A DNA stretch of 64,000 nt from Nemertoderma westbladi (Eukaryota > Animalia > Xenacoelomorpha). A program made the translations under genes and the position numbers. Positions within the stretch are counted from its first letter, which is position 1, and each line of letters opens with the position of its first letter. This document shows positions 25,801 through 40,800 of this stretch, one piece after another. The notes under the pieces were generated by a model. It was not told where the DNA came from and made no database searches. It worked only from the letters and a program-made list of their open reading frames with translations. The stretch is taken from NCBI GenBank assembly GCA_032718475.1, contig JAUCBJ010007725.1:1-64000 (forward strand), given 5' to 3'.

Positions 25801-28800
25801 ATGCAGATTAGTAAAGGAGCAGGTTACAGAGGCATTAGATAGAACCAAAACAATAAACAATAGTTAACATGTGTTACTACAAGATTATGCAGGTTAGTAA
25901 AGGAGCAGGTTACAGAGGCATTAGATAGAACCAAAACAATAAACAATAGTTAATATGTGTTATTACAAGATCATGCAGATTAGTAAAGGAGCAGGTTACA
26001 GAGGCATTAGATAGAACCAAAACAATAAACAATAGTTAACATGTGTTACTACAAGATTATGCAGGTTAGTAAAGGAGCAGGTTACAGAGGCATGTAGATA
26101 GAACCAAAACAATAAACAATAGTTAACATGTGTTATTACAAGATTATGCAGATTAGTAAAGGAGCAGGTTACAGAGGCATTAGATAGAACCAAAACAATA
26201 AACAGTAGTTAACATGTGTTATTACAAGATTATGCAGATTAATAAAGGAGCAGGTTACAGAGGCATTAGATAGAACCAAAACAATAAACAATAGTTAACA
26301 TGTGTTACTACAAGATTATGCAAGTTAGTAAAGGAGCAGGTTACAGAGGCATGTAGATAGAACCAAAACAATAAACAGTAGTTAACATGTGTTATTACAA
26401 GATTATGCAGATTAATAAAGGAGCAGGTTACAGAGGCATTAGATAGAACCAAAACAATAAACAATAGTTAACATGTGTTATTACAAGATTATGCAGGTTA
26501 GTAAAGGAGCAGGTTACAGAGGCATGTAGATAGAACCAAAACAATAAACTATAATTAACATGTGTTACTACAAGATGATGCAGGTTAGTAAAGGAGCAGG
26601 TTACAGAGGCATGTAGATAGAACCAAAACAATAAACTACAGTTAATATGTGTTACTACAAGATTATGCAGATTAGTAAAGGAGCAGGTTACAGAGGCAGG
26701 TAGATAGAACCAAAAATCAATAAACTATAATTAACATGTGTTACTACAAGATTATGCAGGTTAGTAAAGTAGCAGGTTACAGAGGCAGGTAGATAGAACC
26801 AAAACAATAAACTATAATTAACATGTGTTACTACAAGATTATGCAGGATAGTAAAGGAGCAGGTTACAGAGGCATGTAGATAGAACCAAAACAATAAACA
26901 ATAGTTAACATGTGTTACTACAAGATTATGCAGGTTAGTAAAGGAGCAGGTTACAGAGGCAGGTAGATAGAACCAAAACAATAAACAATAGTTAACATGT
27001 GTTACTACAAGATTATGCAGGTTAGTAAAGGAGCAGGTTACAGAGGCAGGTAGATAGAACCAAAACAATAAACTATAATTAACATGTGTTACTACAAGAT
27101 TATGCAGGTTAGTAAAGGAGCAGGTTACAGAGGCATGTAGATAGAACCAAAACAATAAACAATAGTTAACATGTGTTACTACAAGAATATGCAGGTTAGT
27201 AAAGGAGCAGTTTACAGAGGCAGATAGATAGAACCAAAACAATAAACAATAATTAACATGAGTTACTACAAGATTATGCAGGTTAGTAAAGGAGCAGGTT
27301 ACAGAGGCATGTAGGTAGAACCAAAACAATAAACAATAGTTAACATGTGTTACTACAAGATTATGCAGGTTACAGAGGCATGTAGATAGAACCAAAACAA
27401 TAACTATATTTAACATGTGTTACTAAAAGATTATGTAGGTTAGTAAAGGAGCAGGTTACAGAGGCATTAGATAGAACCAAAACAATAAACAATAGTTAAC
27501 ATGTGTTATTACAAGATTATGCAGGTTAGTAAAGGAGAAGGTTACAGAGGCATTAGATAGAACCCAAACAATAAACTATAGTTAACATGTGTTACTAAAA
27601 GATTATGTAGGTTAGTAAAGGAGCAGGTTACAGAGGCATTAGATAGAACCAAAACAATAAACTATAGTTAACATGTGTTATTACAAGATTATGCAGTTTA
27701 ATAAAGGAGCAGGTTACAGAGGCATTAGATAGAACCAAAACAATAAACAATAGTTAACATGTGTTATTACAAGATTATGCAGAATAGTAAAGGAGCAGGT
27801 TACAGAAGCATGTAGATAGAACCAAAACAATAAACAATAGCTAACATGTGTTATTACAAGATTATGCAGATTAGTAAAGGAGCAGGTTACAGAGGCATGT
27901 AGATAGAACCAAAACAATAAACAATAGTTAACATGTGTTATTACAAGATTATGCAGATTAGTAAAGGAGCAGGTTACAGAGGCATGTAGATAGAACCAAA
28001 ACAATAAACAATAGTTAATATGTGTTATTACAAGATTATGCAGATTAGTAAAGGAGCAGGTTACAGAGGCATTAGATAGAACCAAAACAATAAACAATAG
28101 TTAATATGTGTTATTACAAGATTATGCTGATTAGTAAAGGAGCAGGTTACAGAGGCATTAGATAGAACCAAAACAATAAACAATAGTTAACATGTGTTAC
28201 TACAAGATTATGCAGGTTAGTAAAGGAGCAGGTTACAGAGGCATGTAGATAGAACCAAAACAATAAACAATAGTTAATATGTGTTATTACAAGATTATGC
28301 AGATTAGTAAAGGAGCAGGTTACAGTGGCATTAGATAGAACCAAAACAATAAACAATAGTTAATATGTGTTACTAAAAGATTATGAGGTTAGTAAAGGAG
28401 CAGGTTACAGAGGCATTAGATAGAACCAAAACAATAAACAATAGTTAACATGTGTTACTACAAGATTATGCAGGTTAGTAAAGGAGCAGGTTACAGAGGC
28501 ATTAGATAGAACCAAAACAATAAACAATAGTTAATATGTGTTATTACAAGATTATGCAGATTAGTAAAGGAGCAGGTTACAGAGGCATTAGATAGAACCA
28601 AAACAATAAACAATAGTTAATATGTGTTATTACAAGATTATGCTGATTAGTAAAGGAGCAGGTTACAGAGGCATTAGATAGAACCAAAACAATAAACAAT
28701 AGTTAACATGTGTTACTACAAGATAATGCAGGTTAGTAAAGGAGCAGGTTACAGAGGCATGTAGATAGAACCAAAACAATAAACAATAGTTAACATGTGT

Positions 28801-31800
28801 TATTACAAGATTATGCAGATTAGTAAAGGAGCAGGTTACAGAGGCATGTAGATAGAACCAAAACAATAAACAATAGTTAATATGTGTTATTACAAGATTA
28901 TGCAGATTAGTAAAGGAGCAGGTTACAGAGGCATTAGATAGAACCAAAACAATAAACAATAGTTAATATGTGTTATTACAAGATTATGCTGATTAGTAAA
29001 GGAGCAGGTTACAGAGGCATTAGATAGAACCAAAACAATAAACAATAGTTAACATGTGTTACTACAAGATTATGCAGGTTAGTAAAGGAGCAGGTTACAG
29101 AGGCATGTAGATAGAACCAAAACAATAAACAATAGTTAATATGTGTTATTACAAGATTATGCAGATTAGTAAAGGAGCAGGTTACAGAGGCATTAGATAG
29201 AACCAAAACAATAAACAATAGTTAATATGTGTTACTAAAAGATTATGCAGGTTAGTAAAGGAGCAGGTTACAGAGGCATTAGATAGAACCAAAACAATAA
29301 ACAATAGTTAACATGTGTTACTACAAGATTATGCAGGTTAGTAAAGGAGCAGGTTACAGAGGCATTAGATAGAACCAAAACAATAAACAATGGTTAATAT
29401 GTGTTATTACAAGATCATGCAGATTAGTAAAGGAGCAGGTTACAGAGGCATTAGATAGAACCAAAACAATAAACAATAGTTAACATGTGTTACTACAAGA
29501 TTATGCAGGTTAGTAAAGGAGCAGGTTACAGAGGCAGGTAGATAGAACCAAAACAATAAACAATAGTTAACATGTGTTACTACAAGATTATGCAGGTTAG
29601 TAAAGGAGCAGGTTACAGAGGCAGGTAGATAGAACCAAAACAATAAACTATAATTAACATGTGTTACTACAAGATTATGCAGGTTAGTAAAGGAGCAGGT
29701 TACAGAGGCATGTAGATAGAACCAAAACAATAAACAATAGTTAATATGTGTTATTACAAGATTATGCAGATTAGTAAAGGAGCAGGTTACAGAGGCATGT
29801 AGATAGAACCAAAACAATAAACAACAGTTAACATGTGTTATTACAAGATTATGCAGATTAGTAAAGGAGCAGGTTACAGAGGCATGTAGATAGAACCAAA
29901 ACAATAAACAATAGTTAATATGTGTTATTACAAGATTATGCAGATTAGTAAAGGAGCAGGTTACAGAGGCATTAGATAGAACCAAAACAATAAACAATAG
30001 TTAATATGTGTTATTACAAGATTATGCTGATTAGTAAAGGAGCAGGTTACAGAGGCATTAGATAGAACCAAAACAATAAACAATAGTTAACATGTGTTAC
30101 TAAAAGATTATGCAGGTTAGTAAAGGAGCAGGTTACAGAGGCATGTAGATAGAACCAAAACAATAAACAATAGTTAACATGTGTTACTACAAGATTATGC
30201 AGGTTAGTAAAGGAGCAGGTTACAGAGGCATTAGATAGAACCAAAACAATAAACAATAGTTAATATGTGTTATTACAAGATCATGCAGATTAGTAAAGGA
30301 GCAGGTTACAGAGGCATTAGATAGAACCAAAACAATAAACAATAGTTAACATGTGTTACTACAAGATTATGCAGGTTAGTAAAGGAGCAGGTTACAGAGG
30401 CATGTAGATAGAACCAAAACAATAAACAATAGTTAACATGTGTTACTACAAGATTATGCAGGTTAGTAAAGGAGCAGGTTACAGAGGCATGTAGATAGAA
30501 CCAAAACAATAAACAATAGTTAACATGTGTTACTACAAGATTATGCAGGTTAGTAAAGGAGCAGGTTACAGAGGCATGTAGATAGAACCAAAACAATAAA
30601 CAGTAGTTAACATGTGTTATTACAAGATTATGCAGATTAATAAAGGAGCAGGTTACAGAGGCATGAAGATAGAACCTAAACAATAAACAGTAGTTAACAT
30701 GTGTTATTACAAGATTATGCAGATTAATAAAGGAGCAGGTTACAGAGGCATTAGATAGAACCTAAACAATAAACAATAGTTAACATATGTTATTACAAGA
30801 TTATGCAGGTTAGTAAAGGAGCAGGTTACAGAGGCATGTAGATAGAACCAAAACAATAAACAATAGTTAACATGTGTTACTACAAGATGATGCAGGTTAG
30901 TAAAGGAGCAGGTTACAGAGGCATGTAGATAGAACCAAAACAATAAACTACAGTTAATATGTGTTACTACAAGATTATGCAGATTAGTAAAGGAGCAGGT
31001 TACAGAGGCATGTAGATAGAACCAAATCAATAAACTATAGTTAACATGTGTTACTACAAGATTATGCAGGTTAGTAAAGTAGCAGGTTACAGAGGCATGT
31101 AGATAGAACCAAAACAATAAACAATAGTTAATATATGTTATTACAAGATTATGCAGATTAGTAAAGGAGCAGGTTACAGAGGCATTAGATAGAACCAAAA
31201 CAATAAACAATAGTTAATATGTGTTATTACAAGATTATGCTGATTAGTAAAGGAGCAGGTTACAGAGGCATTAGATAGAACCAAAACAATAAACAATAGT
31301 TAACATGTGTTACTACAAGATTATGCAGGTTAGTAAAGGAGCAGGTTACAGAGGCATGTAGATAGAACCAAAACAATAAACAATAGTTAATATGTGTTAT
31401 TACAAGATTATGCAGAATAGTAAAGGAGCAGGTTACAGAGGCATTAGATAGAACCAAAACAATAAACAATAGTTAATATGTGTTACTAAAAGATTATGCA
31501 GATTAGTAAAGGAGCAGGTTACAGAGGCATTAAATAGAACCAAAACAATAAACAATAGTTAACATGTGTTACTACAAGATTATGCAGGTTAGTAAAGGAG
31601 CAGGTTACAGAGGCATTAGATAGAACCAAAACAATAAACAATAGTTAATATGTGTTATTACAAGATCATGCAGATTAGTAAAGGAGCAGGTTACAGAGGC
31701 ATTAGATAGAACCAAAACAATAAACAATAGTTAACATGTGTTACTACAAGATTATGCAGGTTAGTAAAGGAGCAGGTTACAGAGGCAGGTAGATAGAACC

Positions 31801-34800
31801 AAAACAATAAACTATAATTAACATGTGTTACTACAAGATTATGCAGGTTAGTAAAGGAGCAGGTTACAGAGGCAGGTAGATAGAACCAAAACAATAAACA
31901 ATAGTTAACATGTGTTATTACAAGATTATGCAGATTAGTAAAGGAGCAGGTTACAGAGGCATGTAGATAGAACCAAAACAATAAACAATAGTTAATATGT
32001 GTTATTACAAGATTATGCAGATTAGTAAAGGAGCAGGTTACAGAGGCATGTAGATAAAACCAAAACAATAAACAATAGTTAACATGTGTTATTACAAGAT
32101 TATGCAGATTAGTAAAGGAGCAGGTTACAGAGGCATGTAGATAGAACCAAAACAATAAACAATAGTTAATATGTGTTATTACAAGATTATGCAGATTAGT
32201 AAAGGAGCAGGTTACAGAGGCATTAGATAGAACCAAAACAATAAACAATAGTTAATATGTGTTATTACAAGATTATGCTGATTAGTAAAGGAGCAGGTTA
32301 CAGAGGCATTAGATAGAACCAAAACAATAAACAATAGTTAACATGTGTTACTACAAGATAATGCAGGTTAGTAAAGGAGCAGGTTACAGAGGCATGTAGA
32401 TAGAACCAAAACAATAAACAATAGTTAACATGTGTTATTACAAGATTATGCAGATTAGTAAAGGAGCAGGTTACAGAGGCATGTAGATAGAACCAAAACA
32501 ATAAACAATAGTTAATATGTGTTATTACAAGATTATGCAGATTAGTAAAGGAGCAGGTTACAGAGGCATTAGATAGAACCAAAACAATAAATAATAGTTA
32601 ATATGTGTTATTACAAGATTATGCTGATTAGTAAAGGAGCAGGTTACAGAGGCATTAGATAGAACCAAAACAATAAACAATAGTTAACATGTGTTACTAC
32701 AAGATTATGCAGGTTAGTAAAGGAGCAGGTTACAGAGGCATGTAGATAGAACCAAAACAATAAACAATAGTTAATATGTGTTATTACAAGATTATGCAGA
32801 TTAGTAAAGGAGCAGGTTACAGAGGCATTAGATAGAACCAAAACAATAAACAATAGTTAATATGTGTTACTAAAAGATTATGCAGGTTAGTAAAGGAGCA
32901 GGTTACAGAGGCATTAGATAGAACCAAAACAATAAACAATAGTTAACATGTGTTACTACAAGATTATGCAGGTTAGTAAAGGAGCAGGTTACAGAGGCAT
33001 TAGATAGAACCAAAACAATAAACAATAGTTAACATGTGTTACTACAAGATTATGCAGGTTAGTAAAGGAGCAGGTTACAGAGGCAGGTAGATAGAACCAA
33101 AACAATAAACAATAGTTAACATGTGTTACTACAAGATTATGCAGGTTAGTAAAGGAGCAGGTTACAGAGGCAGGTAGATAGAACCAAAACAATAAACTAT
33201 AATTAACATGTGTTACTACAAGATTATGCAGGTTAGTAAAGGAGCAGGTTACAGAGGCATGTAGATAGAACCAAAACAATAAACAATAGTTAACATGTGT
33301 TACTACAAGATTATGCAGGTTAGTAAAGGAGCAGGTTACAGAGGCAGGTAGATAGAACCAAAACAATAAACTATAATTAACATGTGTTACTACAAGATTA
33401 TGCAGGTTAGTAAAGGAGCAGGTTACAGAGGCATGTAGATAGAACCAAAACAATAAACAATAGTTAACATGTGTTATTACAAGATTATGCAGATTAGTAA
33501 AGGAGCAGGTTACAGAGGCATGTAGATAGAACCAAAACAATAAACAATAGTTAATATGTGTTATTACAAGATTATGCAGATTAGTAAAGGAGCAGGTTAC
33601 AGAGGCATGTAGATAGAACCAAAACAATAAACAATAGTTAACATGTGTTATTACAAGATTATGCAGATTAGTAAAGGAGCAGGTTACAGAGGCATGTAGA
33701 TAGAACCAAAACAATAAACACTAGTTAATATGTGTTATTACAAGATTATGCAGATTAGTAAAGGAGCAGGTTACAGAGGCATTAGATAGAACCAAAACAA
33801 TAAACAATAGTTAATATGTGTTATTACAAGATTATGCTGATTAGTAAAGGAGCAGGTTACAGAGGCATATAGATAGAACCAAATCAATAAACTATAGTTA
33901 ACATGTGTTACTACAAGATTATGCAGGTTAGTAAAGTAGCAGGTTACAGAGGCATGTAGATAGAACCAAAACAATAAACAATAGTTAATATGTGTTATTA
34001 CAAGATTATGCAGATTAGTAAAGGAGCAGGTTACAGAGGCATTAGATAGAACCAAAACAATAAACAATAGTTAATATGTGTTATTACAAGATTATGCTGA
34101 TTAGTAAAGGAGCAGGTTACAGAGGCATTAGATAGAACCAAAACAATAAACAATAGTTAACATGTGTTACTACAAGATTATGCAGGTTAGTAAAGGAGCA
34201 GGTTACAGAGGCATGTAGATAGAACCAAAACAATAAACAATAGTTAATATGTGTTATTACAAGATTATGCAGAATAGTAAAGGAGCAGGTTACAGAGGCA
34301 TTAGATAGAACCAAAACAATAAACAATAGTTAATATGTGTTACTAAAAGATTATGCAGGTTAGTAAAGGAGCAGGTTACAGAGGCATTAAATAGAACCAA
34401 AACAATAAACAATAGTTAACATGTGTTACTACAAGATTATGCAGGTTAGTAAAGGAGCAGGTTACAGAGGCATTAGATAGAACCAAAACAATAAACAATA
34501 GTTAATATGTGTTATTACAAGATTATGCTGATTAGTAAAGGAGCAGGTTACAGAGGCATTAGATAGAACCAAAACAATAAACAATAGTTAATATGTGTTA
34601 TTACAAGATCATGCAGATTAGTAAAGGAGCAGGTTACAGAGGCATTAGATAGAACCAAAACAATAAACAATAGTTAACATGTGTTACTACAAGATTATGC
34701 AGGTTAGTAAAGGAGCAGGTTACAGAGGCAGGTAGATAGAACCAAAACAATAAACTATAATTAACATGTGTTACTACAAGATTATGCAGGTTAGTAAAGG

Positions 34801-37800
34801 AGCAGGTTACAGAGGCAGGTAGATAGAACCAAAACAATAAACAATAGTTAACATGTGTTATTACAAGATTATGCAGATTAGTAAAGGAGCAGGTTACAGA
34901 GGCATGTAGATAGAACCAAAACAATAAACAATAGTTAATATGTGTTATTACAAGATTATGCAGATTAGTAAAGGAGCAGGTTACAGAGGCATGTAGATAA
35001 AACCAAAACAATAAACAATAGTTAACATGTGTTATTACAAGATTATGCAGATTAGTAAAGGAGCAGGTTACAGAGGCATGTAGATAGAACCAAAACAATA
35101 AACAATAGTTAATATGTGTTATTACAAGATTATGCAGATTAGTAAAGGAGCAGGTTACAGAGGCATTAGATAGAACCAAAACAATAAACAATAGTTAATA
35201 TGTGTTATTACAAGATTATGCTGATTAGTAAAGGAGCAGGTTACAGAGGCATTAGATAGAACCAAAACAATAAACAATAGTTAACATGTGTTACTACAAG
35301 ATTATGCAGGTTAGTAAAGGAGCAGGTTACAGAGGCATGTAGATAGAACCAAAACAATAAACAATAGTTAACATGTGTTATTACAAGATTATGCAGATTA
35401 GTAAAGGAGCAGGTTACAGAGGCATGTAGATAGAACCAAAACAATAAACAATAGTTAATATGTGTTATTACAAGATTATGCAGATTAGTAAAGGAGCAGG
35501 TTACAGAGGCATTAGATAGAACCAAAACAATAAACAATAGTTAATATGTGTTATTACAAGATTATGCTGATTAGTAAAGGAGCAGGTTACAGAGGCATTA
35601 GATAGAACCAAAACAATAAACAATAGTTAACATGTGTTACTACAAGATTATGCAGGTTAGTAAAGGAGCAGGTTACAGAGGCATGTAGATAGAACCAAAA
35701 CAATAAACAATAGTTAACATGTGTTATTACAAGATTATGCAGATTAGTAAAGGAGCAGGTTACAGAGGCATGTAGATAGAACCAAAACAATAAACAATAG
35801 TTAACATGTGTTATTACAAGATTATGCAGATTAGTAAAGGAGCAGGTTACAGAGGCATGTAGATAGAACCAAAACAATAAACAATAGTTAATATGTGTTA
35901 TTACAAGATTATGCAGATTAGTAAAGGAGCAGGTTACAGAGGCATTAGATAGAACCAAAACAATAAACAATAGTTAATATGTGTTATTACAAGATTATGC
36001 TGATTAGTAAAGGAGCAGGTTACAGAGGCATTAGATAGAACCAAAACAATAAACAATAGTTAACATGTGTTACTACAAGATTATGCAGGTTAGTAAAGGA
36101 GCAGGTTACAGAGGCATGTAGATAGAACCAAAACAATAAACAATAGTTAATATGTGTTATTACAAGATTATGCAGATTAGTAAAGGAGCAGGTTACAGAG
36201 GCATTAGATAGAACCAAAACAATAAACAATAGTTAATATGTGTTACTAAAAGATTATGCAGGTTAATAAAGGAGCAGGTTACAGAGGCATTAGATAGAAC
36301 CAAAACAATAAACAATAGTTAACATGTGTTACTACAAGATTATGCAGGTTAGTAAAGGAGCAGGTTACAGAGGCATTAGATAGAACCAAAACAATAAACA
36401 ATAGTTAACATGTGTTACTACAAGATTATGCAGGTTAGTAAAGGAGCAGGTTACAGAGGCAGGTAGATAGAACCAAAACAATAAACAATAGTTAACATGT
36501 GTTACTACAAGATTATGCAGGTTAGTAAAGGAGCAGGTTACAGAGGCAGGTAGATAGAACCAAAACAATAAACTATAATTAACATGTGTTACTACAAGAT
36601 TATGCAGGTTAGTAAAGGAGCAGGTTACAGAGGCATGTAGATAGAACCAAAACAATAAACAATAGTTAACATGTGTTACTACAAGATTATGCAGGTTAGT
36701 AAAGGAGCAGGTTACAGAGGCAGGTAGATAGAACCAAAACAATAAACTATAATTAACATGTGTTACTACAAGATTATGCAGGTTAGTAAAGGAGCAGGTT
36801 ACAGAGGCATGTAGATAGAACCAAAACAATAAACAATAGTTAACATGTGTTATTACAAGATTATGCAGATTAGTAAATTAGCAGGTTACAGAGGCATGTA
36901 GATAGAACCAAAACAATAAACAATAGTTAATATGTGTTATTACAAGATTATGCAGATTAGTAAAGGAGCAGGTTACAGAGGCATGTAGATAGAACCAAAA
37001 CAATAAACAATAGTTAACATGTGTTATTACAAGATTATGCAGATTAGTAAAGGAGCAGGTTACAGAGGCATGTAGATAGAACCAAAACAATAAACACTAG
37101 TTAATATGTGTTATTACAAGATTATGCAGATTAGTAAAGGAGCAGGTTACAGAGGCATTAGATAGAACCAAAACAATAAACAATAGTTAATATGTGTTAT
37201 TACAAGATTATGCTGATTAGTAAAGGAGCAGGTTACAGAGGCATGTAGATAGAACCAAATCAATAAACTATAGTTAACATGTGTTACTACAAGATTATGC
37301 AGGTTAGTAAAGTAGCAGGTTACAGAGGCATGTAGATAGAACCAAAACAATAAACAATAGTTAATATGTGTTATTACAAGATTATGCAGATTAGTAAAGG
37401 AGCAGGTTACAGAGGCATTAGATAGAACCAAAACAATAAACAATAGTTAATATGTGTTATTACAAGATTATGCTGATTAGTAAAGGAGCAGGTTACAGAG
37501 GCATTAGATAGAACCAAAACAATAAACAATAGTTAACATGTGTTACTACAAGATTATGCAGGTTAGTAAAGGAGCAGGTTACAGAGGCATGTAGATAGAA
37601 CCAAAACAATAAACAATAGTTAATATGTGTTATTACAAGATTATGCAGAATAGTAAAGGAGCAGGTTACAGAGGCATTAGATAGAACCAAAACAATAAAC
37701 AATAGTTAATATGTGTTACTAAAAGATTATGCAGGTTAGTAAAGGAGCAGGTTACAGAGGCATTAAATAGAACCAAAACAATAAACAATAGTTAACATGT

Positions 37801-40800
37801 GTTACTACAAGATTATGCAGGTTAGTAAAGGAGCAGGTTACAGATGCATTAGATAGAACCAAAACAATAAACAATAGTTAATATGTGTTATTACAAGATT
37901 ATGCTGATTAGTAAAGGAGCAGGTTACAGAGGCATTAGATAGAACCAAAACAATAAACAATAGTTAATATGTGTTATTACAAGATCATGCAGATTAGTAA
38001 AGGAGCAGGTTACAGAGGCATTAGATAGAACCAAAACAATAAACAATAGTTAACATGTGTTACTACAAGATTATGCAGGTTAGTAAAGGAGCAGGTTACA
38101 GAGGCAGGTAGATAGAACCAAAACAATAAACTATAATTAACATGTGTTACTACAAGATTATGCAGGTTAGTAAAGGAGCAGGTTACAGAGGCAGGTAGAT
38201 AGAACCAAAACAATAAACAATAGTTAACATGTGTTATTACAAGATTATGCAGATTAGTAAAGGAGCAGGTTACAGAGGCATGTAGATAGAACCAAAACAA
38301 TAAACAATAGTTAATATGTGTTATTACAAGATTATGCAGATTAGTAAAGGAGCAGGTTACAGAGGCATGTAGATAAAACCAAAACAATAAACAATAGTTA
38401 ACATGTGTTATTACAAGATTATGCAGATTAGTAAAGGAGCAGGTTACAGAGGCATGTAGATAGAACCAAAACAATAAACAATAGTTAATATGTGTTATTA
38501 CAAGATTATGCAGATTAGTAAAGGAGCAGGTTACAGAGGCATTAGATAGAACCAAAACAATAAACAATAGTTAATATGTGTTATTACAAGATTATGCTGA
38601 TTAGTAAAGGAGCAGGTTACAGAGGCATTAGATAGAACCAAAACAATAAACAATAGTTAACATGTGTTACTACAAGATTATGCAGGTTAGTAAAGGAGCA
38701 GGTTACAGAGGCATGTAGATAGAACCAAAACAATAAACAATAGCTAACATGTGTTATTACAAGATTATGCAGATTAGTAAAGGAGCAGGTTACAGAGGCA
38801 TGTAGATAGAACCAAAACAATAAACAATAGTTAATATGTGTTATTACAAGATTATGCAGATTAGTAAAGGAGCAGGTTACAGAGGCATTAGATAGAACCA
38901 AAACAATAAACAATAGTTAATATGTGTTATTACAAGATTATGCTGATTAGTAAAGGAGCAGGTTACAGAGGCATTAGATAGAACCAAAACAATAAACAAT
39001 AGTTAACATGTGCTACTACAAGATTATGCAGGTTAGTAAAGGAGCAGGTTACAGAGGCATGTAGATAGAACCAAAACAATAAACAATAGTTAACATGTGT
39101 TATTACAAGATTATGCAGATTAGTAAAGGAGCAGGTTACAGAGGCATGTAGATAGAACCAAAACAATAAACAATAGTTAACATGTGTTACTACAAGATTA
39201 TGCAGGTTAGTAAAGGAGCAGGTTACAGAGGCATGTAGATAGAACCAAAACAATAAACAATAGTTAACATGTGTTATTACAAGATTATGCAGATTAGTAA
39301 AGGAGCAGGTTACAGAGGCATGTAGATAGAACCAAAACAATAAACAATAGTTAATATGTGTTATTACAAGATTATGCAGATTAGTAAAGGAGCAGGTTAC
39401 AGAGGCATTAGATAGAACCAAAACAATAAACAATAGTTAACATGTGTTACTACAAGATTATGCAGGTTAGTAAAGGAGCAGGTTACAGAGGCATGTAGAT
39501 AGAACCAAAACAATAAACAGTAGTTAACATGTGTTATTACAAGATTATGCAGATTAATAAAGGAGCAGGTTACAGAGGCATTAGATAGAACCAAAACAAT
39601 AAACAATAGTTAACATGTTTTATTACAAGATTATGCAGGTTAGTAAAGGAGCAGGTTACAGAGGCATGTAGATAGAACCAAAACAATAAACTATAATTAA
39701 CATGTGTTACTACAAGATGATGCAGGTTAGTAAAGGAGCAGGTTACAGAGGCATGTAGTGTAGATAGAACCAAAACAATAAACTACAGTTAATATGTGTT
39801 ACTACAAGATTATGCAGATTAGTAAAGGAGCAGGTTACAGAGGCATGTAGATAGAACCAAATCAATAAACTATAGTTAACATGTGTTACTGCAAGATTAT
39901 GCAGGTTAGTAAAGTAGCAGGTTACAGAGGCATGTAGATAGAACCAAAACAATAAACAATAGTTAATATGTGTTATTACAAGATTATGCAGATTAGTAAA
40001 GGAGCAGGTTACAGAGGCATTAGATAGAACCAAAACAATAAACAATAGTTAATATGTGTTATTACAAGATTATGCTGATTAGTAAAGGAGCAGGTTACAG
40101 AGGCATTAGATAGAACCAAAACAATAAACAATAGTTAACATGTGTTACTACAAGATTATGCAGGTTAGTAAAGGAGCAGGTTACAGAGGCATGTAGATAG
40201 AACCAAAACAATAAACAATAGTTAATATGTGTTATTACAAGATTATGCAGATTAGTAAAGGAGCAGGTTACAGAGGCATTAGATAGAACCAAAACAATAA
40301 ACAATAGTTAATATGTGTTACTAAAAGATTATGCAGGTTAGTAAAGGAGCAGGTTAAAGAGGCATTAGATAGAACCAAAACAATAAACAATAGTTAACAT
40401 GTGTTACTACAAGATTATGCAGGTTAGTAAAGGAGCAGGTTACAGAGGCATTAGATAGAACCAAAACAATAAACAATAGTTAATATGTGTTATTACAAGA
40501 TCATGCAGATTAGTAAAGGAGCAGGTTACAGAGGCATTAGATAGAACCAAAACAATAAACAATAGTTAACATGTGTTACTACAAGATTATGCAGGTTAGT
40601 AAAGGAGCAGGTTACAGAGGCATGTAGATAGAACCAAAACAATAAACAATAGTTAACATGTGTTACTACAAGATTATGCAGGTTAGTAAAGGAGCAGGTT
40701 ACAGAGGCATGTAGATAGAACCAAAACAATAAACAATAGTTAACATGTGTTATTACAAGATTATGCAGATTAGTAAAGGAGCAGGTTACAGAGGCATTAG